64,000 nt of DNA. It comes from Bacteroidota bacterium (GTDB lineage: Bacteria > Bacteroidota > Bacteroidia > Flavobacteriales_E > Vicingaceae). The stretch covers positions 95,394 through 159,393 of the forward strand of contig JABFGJ010000008.1 of the NCBI GenBank assembly GCA_013112545.1, given 5' to 3'. The notes under the pieces are model-generated. The model had not been told where the DNA came from. It worked only from the letters and a program-made list of their open reading frames with translations, and searched no databases. Shown one piece after another: positions 9,591 to 20,419 of this stretch (within the stretch, counting starts at the first letter, position 1; the number at the start of each line of letters is the position of its first letter). A program made the position numbers and the translations under genes.

Positions 9591-10868
9591 TTTATATGGT
9601 ATAGTTTTTAATTTGTTAGCAATAAAATCAGTAGTTTCTTTTGAAATATTTAATTCTTCAGCAATTCTTCTCCAATTAAGGAAACTCTGATTGACTTCAT
9701 TAATTATCTTCTTAGGATTTTTGATAGAATATTCCTCTGCAATATGAAGAATATCATTTAAATTAATGTCCATATTTTTGCCATTAATGGAGAGAAAGTG
9801 TGGCGTAATTCTATTAAAATTCTCGTTATAACTAAATGTTAAATCATAGGCAGGGGACAAACTCCATTCTCCAATTTTGTTCATATTAAATCCGAAGTTT
9901 TTAGTATGATCATCTACATTTCGACCAATCACATTAAAAATCATCACTTTAAATAATTGCTCTTTAGAAGAGTAATTTAATCTCATTTTATTAAGAAGGG
10001 TAAATATTTGTTCGTAAGAATACGTGTTAGGTAATTTGAAATTCATACCAGCAAATGCATGTAAGGTCTGAGTATGAAGTTTGTGACCGTCAATACGATC
10101 AAACCTTTTTGTCATAAAATAATAATCATTTTCAAATTCCTTTAATTCTGAATCCATAATAGCAATTTTAGATTCTCTAGCCATTAGGTAATAGGCGTAT
10201 TCAATTTTACCTCTTTCTTTATCAGATTCTAAACCGATATCTCTGTTAAATTTTAAAATCCAACTGTCTTGGTTACTTGTTGGTAAGCTATCACCTCTAT
10301 AAATGTCGCCTGTCTTATTATCGATATTTATCAAAACTTTTGGCTGAGCTCCTCCAGGAGATGTTCCTATATGAAAAAGGTTTGCCATGTCATCCATATT
10401 TGCTATAGGTTCATTTTTTAGTAGTGATATGGATAGTTCATTTAGTTTTTTTAAGTTTAATAATTCAATGCTATTTTGCACTTTTTTTGCAGGTTTAAAT
10501 TCAAGTGCACCCATACCTCTATTGCCTATATATGCTAACTTTTCTAAAGGGTTAAGGTCTCTATAGTTTTTACCTTCTTTCTCGAGATATTTTAAGAAAA
10601 TTTCGGTTCCAAATTGATCAGGAAGCGAATCTGATATAAAAAGTGGGAGTCCTTTATTGGTGTCAAATGACAAGCTCCTCTCGCTACTGTATTCTAATTT
10701 ATGAATTGCAGTAATTATTTTTTTAGAAGTAGGGTTTACGATTGGTGACAATTCTATTCCCTTGTGAATAAAAGCTGGAGCGTATTCAAATTCAGTTCTT
10801 CCTTTTTTCTCATTCCAAACAAGAACTCCTACAAGGTTTTCCCATAAAATAACTTCTAATAGATTCAT
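9582..10868 (-). CDS. hipA: Type II toxin-antitoxin system HipA-family toxin (serine/threonine kinase)
   Basis: 428 aa. HipA-like N-terminal and C-terminal kinase regions. 4-nt overlap with the upstream XRE HTH gene. Confidence 0.75.
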   Translation of the reverse strand: MNLLEVILWENLVGVLVWNEKKGRTEFEYAPAFIHKGIELSPIVNPTSKKIITAIHKLEYSSERSLSFDTNKGLPLFISDSLPDQFGTEIFLKYLEKEGKNYRDLNPLEKLAYIGNRGMGALEFKPAKKVQNSIELLNLKKLNELSISLLKNEPIANMDDMANLFHIGTSPGGAQPKVLINIDNKTGDIYRGDSLPTSNQDSWILKFNRDIGLESDKERGKIEYAYYLMARESKIAIMDSELKEFENDYYFMTKRFDRIDGHKLHTQTLHAFAGMNFKLPNTYSYEQIFTLLNKMRLNYSSKEQLFKVMIFNVIGRNVDDHTKNFGFNMNKIGEWSLSPAYDLTFSYNENFNRITPHFLSINGKNMDINLNDILHIAEEYSIKNPKKIINEVNQSFLNWRRIAEELNISKETTDFIANKLKTIPYKVK

Positions 10869-11185
10869 ATTTTATATCCTCCCCTCTTTTTTCTCTTTTT
10901 TTCTTTTTCATATATTTCCATAGGAGTTAATTCAAATTCTTCCTTTTTTAGAAAGAATTCGAATTCATCTAATAATTCAAGAGTTCGAGAGATTGAGATT
11001 AGAGATGCTATCGAGAAATTTCTTCCTTTTTCAATTCCTGCAATTGAACTTCTGCTCATTCCAGTTTTTTGAGCTAATTCCGTTTGTGATAATCCAGCAT
11101 TTACACGTAATGAACTAAGTTTTTTGCCCCATTTTCGTATTAACTCTTTATCAGAATAAGCATAATAGTTACTTTCCATAATCAA
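10865..11185 (-). CDS. hipB: XRE-family helix-turn-helix transcriptional regulator (HipB-like antitoxin)
   Basis: 106 aa. HTH_XRE signature (LSQTELAQKTGMSRSSIAGIEKG). Translationally coupled to hipA. Confidence 0.7.
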   Translation of the reverse strand: MIMESNYYAYSDKELIRKWGKKLSSLRVNAGLSQTELAQKTGMSRSSIAGIEKGRNFSIASLISISRTLELLDEFEFFLKKEEFELTPMEIYEKEKKRKKRGGYKI

Positions 11186-11506
11186 ATGTACTACAAAAAG
11201 GTCAATAAAGCAAAAAAACGCACATAATGACCTTTTTGTGATACATTTTACATTGGATTAAAGGGAAGTAAATACCACATAATACTTGACAAATTAAATA
11301 CAAAAGCGCAATTTATAAATGATTACTTGTAATTTTTTAGTGTTGTCTTAGCATAATTTATGAATAGCACTAGTTTTTGTAGAGCTTACAAATTCATCAT
11401 ACCAACTCATAATTAACTAGTTAAACCATTACTATTACTTTAATCTCAAATTAACATTTGTTAATGCCTTGATTAAGCGGATAGCTTTGTAAGAAGCCTT
11501 ATTTTT

Positions 11507-14011
11507 ATGCCTCAAATTAATTTTATGCGCAAAATTTTACTACTCGCTTTCACGACTGCTGTATTTTCTCAAGTGAAAGCTCAAAGACCTATTGCAAACG
11601 GAGCTGACTTACTTCAAGAGATAAAAAAATTAAACGTTGTTACCAATGTACTTTACCTAGCTGCTCACCCAGATGATGAAAACACCCGCTTAATTGCTTG
11701 GTTAGAAAATGAAAAACTAGCAAGAACCGCTTATTTATCTTTAACTAGAGGCGATGGTGGCCAAAATTTAATTGGAATTGAAAAAGGCGATGCCATGGGC
11801 GTTTTAAGAACTCAAGAATTGTTAGAAGCAAGAAAAATTGACGGTGCTGAACAGTTTTTTAGCCGTGCAGTGGATTTTGGTTATTCTAAAACTGCCGAAG
11901 AAACTCTAGAGATTTGGGACAAACAAGCCATACTTGCTGATGTGGTTTACACCATTCGAAAGTTTAGACCAGATGTTATTGTCACCCGCTTCCCACCTGA
12001 TTCAAGAGGCGGACATGGCCATCATACTGCTTCGGCATTATTGGCTGAAGAAGCATTTGACTTAGCAGCTGACAAAAATTCATTTCCTGAACAGCTGCAA
12101 TATGTTGAAGTGTGGCAAGCCAAACGAATCTTATGGAATACCTCTGTTTGGTGGGATAAGCAATTACCAGAAAAAGCTGCAAAAACTGATGATTATATTA
12201 AAATAGACATTGGAGAATACAGTGAAATTTTAGGCCTTTCTTATTCGGAAATTGCTTCTGATAGTCGCTCTCAACACAAAAGCCAAGGCTTTGGAGCTGA
12301 AAGAGCAAGAGGAAGTCAAATAGAATATTTAAAGCACAGCAAAGGCGAAAAAGTGAAGCAGGATTTGTTCGAAGGAATTAATTGTACTTGGTCGAGGGTA
12401 GCAGGAAGCAAAAAAATACAGGATAAATTAAATCATATCATTGCTACTTATGATATCAATTCCCCTTCTAAGTCTGTGAAAGATTTAGCTGAGTTGTATC
12501 AATTAATTCAGTCTTTGGAAGAATCCTTTTATACAAAAGAAAAACTAGCCAGTTTAGAAAGAATCATACAAGCAGCAGCTGGAATACATGTAGAATTTTT
12601 AGCAGAAGATTATAACTATCCTGCTTTTCAACTAAGCCCAGTAAAAGGCTCTGCTGAGTTTATTGTAAGAACGAAAACACCAGTATTTATCAAATCCATT
12701 GAACCTTCAATTGACACAAATTATTCAAGTATAGAGTTGGAAGAAAATGAGTTGACAAAATTTACTTTTACTCACGAAATTGCAATAAATCCTTCAAATC
12801 CCTATTGGTTAAACATACCCATCAACAAAGAGCATGAATTATCTTTTGTAGATGAATTGCTTCCCAATTGGCCTGCACAATATGGTATGCCCGAAAATAT
12901 TCCCAATATAGAATTTAGCTATGTATTAAATATTGCAGGAATAGATATCCCGTTCAAGCAGGCCATCGATTATAAATGGACTGATCGTGTTGACGGGGAA
13001 TTACATCGTGATCTAATTGTCAGCCCTGAAGTCACTGCTACTCCAGCGGAAAAAGTATTTATTTTTTCTACAAATGAGGCCCAACGAGTTGATGTTTTAT
13101 TAGAAGGAAATAAAGACAGTGTAATGGACAAAACACTTAAATTAGTGGCTCCTGAGGGTTGGAAAGTAGAGCCAACTTCTATTCCATTTAGCTTAAAATT
13201 TAAGGGAGAACAGCAGTCAGTGAGTTTCCATTTAACACCACCTGTTCATTCTTCAGTTGGCGAGATTTCATTTCAATTTGAAAAGATGTTTGCCCAATCT
13301 GTTCAACGAGTTAATTATCCACATATAAAACCACAAATATTGTTTCCAAGAGCAAAGGCCAAAGTAGTTAAAATGGACATCAAAAAAACGGTAAAATCAA
13401 TAGGATATGTTATAGGCAGCGGTGATGAAGTGGCAGATAACTTAGGGCAGATAGGATTTAATGTTGTTTCTTTTCATGCAGACCAATTAGCCATTATGGA
13501 TTTGTCGATGTTTCAAACAATCATTGTTGGCATTAGGGCATACAATACGGAAGCAAGCATGAAAAATGGCAATGTTATCTTAAATGAGTTTGTTAAAAGT
13601 GGTGGAAATGTAATTGTTCAATACAATACTAATCGAGGCTTAAAGGCTGATGAAATAGGCCCATATCCATTTCAACTTTCAAAAAATAGAGTAACGAAAG
13701 AAGAAGCTGAACCAACATTTTTAAAGCCTAAACATCCTTTATTAAACACTCCAAATAAAATAAGCCAAGCAGATTTTGAGGGATGGGTTCAAGAAAGAGG
13801 TTTGTATTTTGCCGATGAATGGGATAAACAATACGAAAGCATAATAGCCTGGAATGATCCTGGCGAAGAGCCTCAAGCTGGAAGTATTTTAGTTGCCGAT
13901 TATGGAAAAGGCCATTTTATTTATACTGGTATTTCATTTTTCCGCCAATTGCCTGCTGGTGTGCCGGGTGCTTATCGTTTATTAACAAACATGATTTCTT
14001 ATGGAAAATAA
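11507..14011 (+). CDS. PIG-L/LmbE-family N-acetylglucosaminyl deacetylase, large secreted form
   Basis: 834 aa with signal peptide. Carries AHPDDE...HxxH motifs typical of LmbE-like deacetylases, plus a long C-terminal extension. Confidence 0.8.
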   Translation: MPQINFMRKILLLAFTTAVFSQVKAQRPIANGADLLQEIKKLNVVTNVLYLAAHPDDENTRLIAWLENEKLARTAYLSLTRGDGGQNLIGIEKGDAMGVLRTQELLEARKIDGAEQFFSRAVDFGYSKTAEETLEIWDKQAILADVVYTIRKFRPDVIVTRFPPDSRGGHGHHTASALLAEEAFDLAADKNSFPEQLQYVEVWQAKRILWNTSVWWDKQLPEKAAKTDDYIKIDIGEYSEILGLSYSEIASDSRSQHKSQGFGAERARGSQIEYLKHSKGEKVKQDLFEGINCTWSRVAGSKKIQDKLNHIIATYDINSPSKSVKDLAELYQLIQSLEESFYTKEKLASLERIIQAAAGIHVEFLAEDYNYPAFQLSPVKGSAEFIVRTKTPVFIKSIEPSIDTNYSSIELEENELTKFTFTHEIAINPSNPYWLNIPINKEHELSFVDELLPNWPAQYGMPENIPNIEFSYVLNIAGIDIPFKQAIDYKWTDRVDGELHRDLIVSPEVTATPAEKVFIFSTNEAQRVDVLLEGNKDSVMDKTLKLVAPEGWKVEPTSIPFSLKFKGEQQSVSFHLTPPVHSSVGEISFQFEKMFAQSVQRVNYPHIKPQILFPRAKAKVVKMDIKKTVKSIGYVIGSGDEVADNLGQIGFNVVSFHADQLAIMDLSMFQTIIVGIRAYNTEASMKNGNVILNEFVKSGGNVIVQYNTNRGLKADEIGPYPFQLSKNRVTKEEAEPTFLKPKHPLLNTPNKISQADFEGWVQERGLYFADEWDKQYESIIAWNDPGEEPQAGSILVADYGKGHFIYTGISFFRQLPAGVPGAYRLLTNMISYGK

Positions 14012-14134
14012 ACCCAATGACATCAACGACAAACCTCCTTTCTTTAAGAAGTGGAGCGGCTTGTATCTGTTTATTTTAGGATTTGAGCTTTTCTTAATTC
14101 TACTTTTTATATGGATTACTAATACATTTAACGG

Positions 14135-15832
14135 ATGAATGCTTTAGGTTGGATTGATTGGTTAATCATGTTGGGAACCTTATTTACCATAGTGGTATAT
14201 GGTGTTTGGAAAACACGTGGTGCAAAAAATATTGAAGGCTACCTATTGGGTGGAAAAGAATCGAATTGGTGGACAATCGGTTTGTCGGTTATGGCAACTC
14301 AGGCTTCAGCCATAACTTTTTTGTCAACTCCAGGTCAGGCATACATGGAAGGAATGGGTTTTGTGCAATTCTATTTCGGTTTGCCTTTAGCCATGATTAT
14401 AATTTCAACGGTATTTATTCCACTCTATTATAGGTTAAAAGTCTATACAGCGTATGAGTTTTTAGAATCTCGATTCGACAATAAAACTCGTTTTTTAACC
14501 GCTTCTTTATTTTTATTGCAACGTGGATTAGCTGCTGGAATAACCATTTATGCACCTGCCATTATTCTTTCTCAAATCATTGGTTGGAGTCTAAATTTCA
14601 CCATCCTATTTATTGGTGCTTTAGTTATAATTTACACCGTTTCCGGAGGAACTAAAGCAGTCAGTCAAACGCATAAGCAACAAATGGGAATTATTTTCTT
14701 AGGTATGTTTATCGCCGCAGGTTTTTTGATTTCTTATCTCACCGACAACTTAAGTTTTTCGCAAGGAATTGAAGTTGCGGGAATTATGGATAAAATGGAA
14801 GTCATCGATTGGAAATTCGACCCCAGCAGCAAATACAATATTTGGTCGGGAATTATCGGTGGTTTGTTTTTGCAATTAAGTTATTTTGGAACTGATCAAA
14901 GTCAAGTTCAACGCTATTTAAGTGGAAGTTCTGTTAAGGAAAGCCGATTAGGTTTGATGTTTAACGGATTGCTTAAAATTCCGATGCAGTTTTTTATTCT
15001 GTTTGTAGGAATTTTGGTTTTCTTGTTTTATCAATTTGTGATGCCTCCACTCCATTTTAACCAAGCGAATGTAGATCAAGTGATGCAAAGTGAATACGCA
15101 GAACAATATGAAGAATTACAAGTCAAACAAAAAATGGTTTTTGATGCTAAGCACGATTTAATTCTTCAATACAAAGACACAGAGCAACCAGAAGAAGTTG
15201 CTAAAATGATTCAAGGGTTTCACGCTGAGGAGCGACTTTTAATGCAAGATGGTAAAGACTTAATCAAGAAAGCAAACCCTAAGGCAGAAACCGAAGACGA
15301 TGATTATATCTTCATCACTTTTGTTATCAATTATTTGCCCATTGGGATAGTAGGTTTGCTATTAGCAGTTATCTTCTCGGCAGCGATGTCTTCTACTTCT
15401 GCCGAATTGAATGCCTTAGCTTCTACCACTACTGTTGATATTTATAAACGAAATGTTAAAAAGAATGGCTCTGAAGTGCATTATTTGAAAAGCTCAAAAT
15501 TATTCACTCTATTATTTGGCCTTTTTGCCATTGGTTTTGCAGCTATGGCAAGTTTATTCGAAAACTTAATTGAAGCTGTAAATATCTTGGGTTCTTTGTT
15601 TTATGGAACTATTTTGGGGATATTTTTAGTTGCCTTTTTTATTAAATTCATTAAAGGTCAAGCGGTTTTTATTGCTGCAATAATTTCTCAAATCATCATC
15701 ATTGCCTTGTTTACCATGAACCGCTTGGAGATTATACAAATTGGATATTTGTGGTATAATTTAATTGCTCCGATGCTAGTTGTTGGTTTTGCGCTGATGA
15801 TTCAGGGAGTATTAATAAAGGAAACGAGTTGA
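14135..15832 (+). CDS. Sodium:solute symporter family transporter
   Basis: 565 aa with about 13 TM segments. SSF-like pattern including GGxxxxWW... and a conserved mid-region. Confidence 0.8.
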   Translation: MNALGWIDWLIMLGTLFTIVVYGVWKTRGAKNIEGYLLGGKESNWWTIGLSVMATQASAITFLSTPGQAYMEGMGFVQFYFGLPLAMIIISTVFIPLYYRLKVYTAYEFLESRFDNKTRFLTASLFLLQRGLAAGITIYAPAIILSQIIGWSLNFTILFIGALVIIYTVSGGTKAVSQTHKQQMGIIFLGMFIAAGFLISYLTDNLSFSQGIEVAGIMDKMEVIDWKFDPSSKYNIWSGIIGGLFLQLSYFGTDQSQVQRYLSGSSVKESRLGLMFNGLLKIPMQFFILFVGILVFLFYQFVMPPLHFNQANVDQVMQSEYAEQYEELQVKQKMVFDAKHDLILQYKDTEQPEEVAKMIQGFHAEERLLMQDGKDLIKKANPKAETEDDDYIFITFVINYLPIGIVGLLLAVIFSAAMSSTSAELNALASTTTVDIYKRNVKKNGSEVHYLKSSKLFTLLFGLFAIGFAAMASLFENLIEAVNILGSLFYGTILGIFLVAFFIKFIKGQAVFIAAIISQIIIIALFTMNRLEIIQIGYLWYNLIAPMLVVGFALMIQGVLIKETS

Positions 15833-15892
15833 TTTCATGATAAAATAAATAGGTCTAATTTTAATCTTTAAAAAACTTTTACCAATACAACT

Positions 15893-16978
15893 ATGCATCT
15901 TTCAGAGGAAATCTCAAAAGAAAAAGCCAAGGAATTAATTCAAAACTTAAAAACACCTGAAGGTACTGCAATTTTTGATATAAAATTCATTGGACTCTTC
16001 GAAAATAAAGATAACAAAATTAAGTATTTTGAATTAGAAACTGGAAAATTAATTTATATTATAGAAAGAGATCAATATCAAAATATTAATTTCTATCATT
16101 CATCTCCCGGTACAGGTACTAGAATGGCTTCTATAAACATTGATCAATTTAAACCTGATGAAAATTTTAAATTATTTTTAGTTTGGTCACCAAAAGAAAT
16201 TAGTCTAAGCATGGGCGTTCCCAATAAATCTAATTTAGTTCACGCAGTAGGTAAACCTTCCCCCCTTCAATTTAGCATTGCTACAGATGGCTCTATTATT
16301 AGTTATACGAACAACATCCATGGAATTGAAATGTATGTTAATGGAAAGACTCATTTTAAGAATTCAGCGATTGAATCTTGGAGGTTTGTCATAAAGGCCG
16401 CAAAAGTCCTAATGACGGGAAGTCCTCCTAAGAATGATTATTCTTTCATACCAGTTGTAGTAAATATGGTAATTGTAATGCTTGTAATGGGCTTTGAAAG
16501 TTATTCTAAGTCCCGTTTTTTAGAATTGGAGGAAGAAGGTATAAAAGTTGACTTTAAAAACCTTGCGGATGCTTTTCTATCTAGAAATGAAAAAGATAAT
16601 AATGAAATTGAAATTATTATAAAAGATGCTGAAATACTTAACATATCACCAACACAACATTTTATTGAAAAAAGAAAAATCGATTTTCAGAATTATAAGA
16701 AATCAAAATTAGCGTTCAAAAAAGGCCTTAACATCAACTTTGTAAAGGACTTAGGCATTGAAATTACGTTATTAGAAGAAATACAAGACTTAATACAAAA
16801 AAGACATAAAATCGTTCACTCATCATTATTCATGACAGTTTTTAACCCCGATCAACAAAGTTCAGATCCAGTTTACCCTACATTCAATCTTGCTAATCAC
16901 TTTATCGAAATATTCGATTTATTTATACAGAGTATTCACGAACAAACACTATACATATATAAAAAACAAAATAGATAG
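15893..16978 (+). CDS. Hypothetical protein
   Basis: 361-aa ORF with no recognisable motif. AT-rich codon usage. Confidence 0.45.
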   Translation: MHLSEEISKEKAKELIQNLKTPEGTAIFDIKFIGLFENKDNKIKYFELETGKLIYIIERDQYQNINFYHSSPGTGTRMASINIDQFKPDENFKLFLVWSPKEISLSMGVPNKSNLVHAVGKPSPLQFSIATDGSIISYTNNIHGIEMYVNGKTHFKNSAIESWRFVIKAAKVLMTGSPPKNDYSFIPVVVNMVIVMLVMGFESYSKSRFLELEEEGIKVDFKNLADAFLSRNEKDNNEIEIIIKDAEILNISPTQHFIEKRKIDFQNYKKSKLAFKKGLNINFVKDLGIEITLLEEIQDLIQKRHKIVHSSLFMTVFNPDQQSSDPVYPTFNLANHFIEIFDLFIQSIHEQTLYIYKKQNR

Positions 16979-17254
16979 TTTCCAAACCTTATTGAAATTA
17001 TAACCCATTAATAGAAGTCTTCAACCATTTCTAAAAATTAAAAGAATAAGAAAATCCTTTCTAATTCTTCAATAATCTTTCCCCTATCCATGATAGGAAT
17101 TAAGAAGTTAAAAAATCTGCTAAGGTTTGCGGGAAACTTTAGCTACAATCAATGATTTGAATGCAACTATTTTCAAATGGAAAATAGCCTCAAATGAAGA
17201 CGAATACTTTCTATTGGAATTCAGAATTAAACACTAATCAAATTGTTTTAACAT

Positions 17255-17686
17255 TTATTTAATCCAATGCTTATTTTTTGCTTGATTAAACAAGTAAACA
17301 AGCAGAATAGCGACAATCAATACAATGATTTGCATGTATAAAGCACTCATTCCAAATAGTGAAATTGAGTCAATCATGATAAAGTTATAAAAATCATTGA
17401 TGATAATAGAAATCAGTGAAATCCAAAGTAAAATTTTAGCAATATTCTTTTTCAACAAAAGAAATAGACTGCCAAAAAAACCACCAAAAACAGACAATGC
17501 AAAAGCTGCTGTTGCCCATGCAGGTACATTTTTATAGGCCTCTTGTACTTCTGGTTTTAAACTTTCTAACGCTTCTGGAGGCATAAAAGCTTGAGCTAAA
17601 TAGGCCATAATACCCATTAAATTCCATATGATTGCTAGAATTGCTACAACTGTAAACCAAGTCGGTGTTTTTATTTGTGTGTTCAT
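17255..17686 (-). CDS. Hypothetical small membrane protein (4 TM)
   Basis: 143 aa and strongly hydrophobic. Confidence 0.45.
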   Translation of the reverse strand: MNTQIKTPTWFTVVAILAIIWNLMGIMAYLAQAFMPPEALESLKPEVQEAYKNVPAWATAAFALSVFGGFFGSLFLLLKKNIAKILLWISLISIIINDFYNFIMIDSISLFGMSALYMQIIVLIVAILLVYLFNQAKNKHWIK

Positions 17687-17746
17687 GATATAGTATTTGA
17701 ATACAACTATACAAAAAAAATCAATAAAAACCTTCGCTTTTAAATT

Positions 17747-19504
17747 TTATCTCCTACCTCGATTTCCGCTTCTGCTTCTGTTATTTCTACCTCCGCTAGG
17801 TGAATTTCGATTCGAATTTCCTCTTCCTCCTTGACGTCCACCATCTCTACGACCTTGGTATCCACCTCCGCCTCTGTTGTTGCTTCTGCCACCGCCGCCA
17901 CTTCGATTGTTTTCAATATTTACTTTAATGGCTCGTCCATCTTCCATTTCTAAACCTTCAAACTTGGCTTCAAATCCTTTGGTTTGTCCAGTTTCAATGT
18001 TAAAAAATGCACGACGTTGTTGGACTGCTATATCTCCAATGTGCTTACGGTTTACACCACTAACTTCACTTAAAAAATCTAACAAATCAACTTTAGATAA
18101 TCCATCATCAGTACCGATGTTTATAAAATAACGATTATCGCCTGATTCAGATCTAGAATTTGAATCTTTTCCTGAGCTTGACTGATTAATATCCCCACCT
18201 GAGAAGTCTTGTTTCATTAAAGTTTCCAATTCTTTAGAAATTAGCACCTTTAAAATATCTTCTTTGCTTAAACTTTCAAGTTTTGGCAACAAAACTTCTA
18301 AATATTCATCAACCCCTTTATCAATTTTTGCATGAATTAATTGGTCAGCCCATTTGTTAAGGCGAATATCTTTTATCATATCTGCGCTTGGAACAGCAAT
18401 TTTCTCAAACGAAATCTTTAACATTCGTTCCAACTCATTGACTCTTCTTCCTTCTCTTGGGTTGATTAAAGCTAAAGAAATACCTTTATTCCCAGCCCTT
18501 CCAGTTCTTCCACTCCTGTGGGTGTATGCCTCTAATTGGTCTGGTAATGTATGATGAATAACATGGGTTAAATCACTCACATCAATTCCTCTAGCAGCCA
18601 CATCAGTTGCTACTAATAATTGCATAGAACGAGACTTAAACCTTCTCATTGCCGAATCTCTTTGTGCTTGAGATAATTCACCGTGAAGCGCCTCTACGCC
18701 ATAACCTTGACTACTTAAATCATCGCTAATTTGTTGAGTTTCACGTCTAGTTCGGCAAAATAAAATCCCTCTTAAATCAGGTTGAATGTCCATAAAACGT
18801 TTTACTGCGGCTAATTTATCACCAACCTTAGTAATTACATATTGATGGGTAATGTCTTCATTACTCTTTTGTTCTGTATTGATCGCTATTTCTTTAGGAT
18901 CTGTCATGTATTTTTTGACAATCCTGCGAATGTCATTAGGCATAGTTGCAGAAAACAACCAAGTAGAGTGTTCTACCTTAATGTTTGACAAAATATCATC
19001 AATGTCTTCTTTAAAACCCATGTTCAACATTTCGTCGGCTTCATCTAAAACCACATGTTTTACATTGTCTAACTTTATTGCTTTTCTGCGAATTAAATCT
19101 AACAAACGACCTGGGGTTGCTACTACAATTTGAGTTGGATTTTTTAATGCTTTAATCTGATTTGTTATTGCTGCACCACCATAAACGACTTCAACGTTTA
19201 AGGATTTGTATTTTGCAGAGAATTCAACCAACTGTTTGGCAGTTTGTTGGCCAAGCTCCCTAGTGGGTGCCATTATTAAAGCTTGAGTAGCTTTATTATT
19301 ACTATCAACCAAATCAATTAACGGTAAACCAAAAGCGGCTGTTTTGCCAGTTCCAGTTTGTGCCAGACCAATAAAATCAGTCGGATTATTAATTAATAAA
19401 ATAGGAATTGCTTGTTCTTGTATTGGGGTTGGCTTTGTAAAACCAATTTCTTCTAAAACTTTTACTAAATTATCAGAAAGTCCTAGTTGTTTAAAATTAT
19501 TCAA
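17747..19504 (-). CDS. deaD: DEAD-box ATP-dependent RNA helicase with a C-terminal RGG/arginine-glycine-rich tail
   Basis: 585 aa. Q-motif, GTGKTAAF, DEAD (VLDEADEM), SAT, HRSGRTGRAG, and a C-terminal GGRGNSNR... repeat. Confidence 0.9.
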   Translation of the reverse strand: MNNFKQLGLSDNLVKVLEEIGFTKPTPIQEQAIPILLINNPTDFIGLAQTGTGKTAAFGLPLIDLVDSNNKATQALIMAPTRELGQQTAKQLVEFSAKYKSLNVEVVYGGAAITNQIKALKNPTQIVVATPGRLLDLIRRKAIKLDNVKHVVLDEADEMLNMGFKEDIDDILSNIKVEHSTWLFSATMPNDIRRIVKKYMTDPKEIAINTEQKSNEDITHQYVITKVGDKLAAVKRFMDIQPDLRGILFCRTRRETQQISDDLSSQGYGVEALHGELSQAQRDSAMRRFKSRSMQLLVATDVAARGIDVSDLTHVIHHTLPDQLEAYTHRSGRTGRAGNKGISLALINPREGRRVNELERMLKISFEKIAVPSADMIKDIRLNKWADQLIHAKIDKGVDEYLEVLLPKLESLSKEDILKVLISKELETLMKQDFSGGDINQSSSGKDSNSRSESGDNRYFINIGTDDGLSKVDLLDFLSEVSGVNRKHIGDIAVQQRRAFFNIETGQTKGFEAKFEGLEMEDGRAIKVNIENNRSGGGGRSNNRGGGGYQGRRDGGRQGGRGNSNRNSPSGGRNNRSRSGNRGRR

Positions 19505-20098
19505 ATATTGTTTATTTAATGAGTTGCAAAATTAAACAAAGCAAATTGAATGGCAAGTCAAAGTAATTTCTTATAAAAGGCTTATTCAGAAACAATTACT
19601 TATCACATCAAGTTACTATCTTAAAACTATTATAAAATTTAACTACTGAAGTTAAGAAAACAAACAAATACTTGCTTTAAAATTTCTCTCTAGATTTTAG
19701 AATTTATTATTAAATAATATGTGCTTTGCAAATAGTAAAAAATATAGACTCTTTTCTATTTTAAATCATGATTGTCCGACAAACATCTAATTTTGATGTT
19801 CTATTGGGTTTTAGTTTATTTTTTGATGTGCAAAAAGTAAAACAAAAAAACTCAGCCCTTATCAAAAAGCAATAAAATCTTCGAATTGGCTAAGCTTTTC
19901 TAATAATTTTTATATAAGCTTTATCGGACACCTGTGATTTTAAATGTAATCTGAAGGTAAATTAAACAATATCAAGATCGGCATCAAAATAAGTTTTTAT
20001 CTGATATAAATTAAGGTAAACAGCTCTTTTATAGTCATTAAAGGACTGATTATTTTTACTACATCTATCCCCTAAAATCAAATTTAAACTTTAAAGCT

Positions 20099-20230
20099 AT
20101 GAAAAAACTAATTACAACTTTGCTAGTTCTAAGCTCCCTACTTGGGTTTGCACAAACTTGGCAAACGGTATCTATTTTATTAGTCTCACCAACAAAAAAG
20201 GAGACATTCAACAACAAAAAATTATTATAG
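20099..20230 (+). CDS. Possible small secreted peptide (43 aa)
   Basis: ATG at 20099. MKKLITTLLVLSSLLGFAQTWQ... is a signal-peptide-like N-terminus. It is followed directly by a strong terminator. Not on the supplied ORF track (below its size cut-off). Confidence 0.25.
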   Translation: MKKLITTLLVLSSLLGFAQTWQTVSILLVSPTKKETFNNKKLL

Positions 20231-20256
20231 AGTAAACAAGTTCATATTCTAATGTT

Positions 20257-20295
20257 ATAGAGTTCTAGATTAAAACCTAGAGCTCTATTTTTTTA
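20257..20295 (+). terminator. Rho-independent terminator
   Basis: Hairpin atagagttctag / attaaaac / ctagagctctat with one mismatch, followed by a T7 tract. Confidence 0.6.
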
Positions 20296-20419
20296 TTCAA
20301 TTGAATTGATAATAATGCTTATTGAGTTATACAAATAAAAAAGCAGCGAGGATAACCCACACTGCTTCATTTTAATGATCACTATAAATCTCTGTCTATC
20401 TTTTAAAACAACTCAACTT

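Noticed and set aside
17877-19535. Plus-strand ORFs of 63-93 aa
   Set aside because: Antisense inside the DEAD-box helicase gene.
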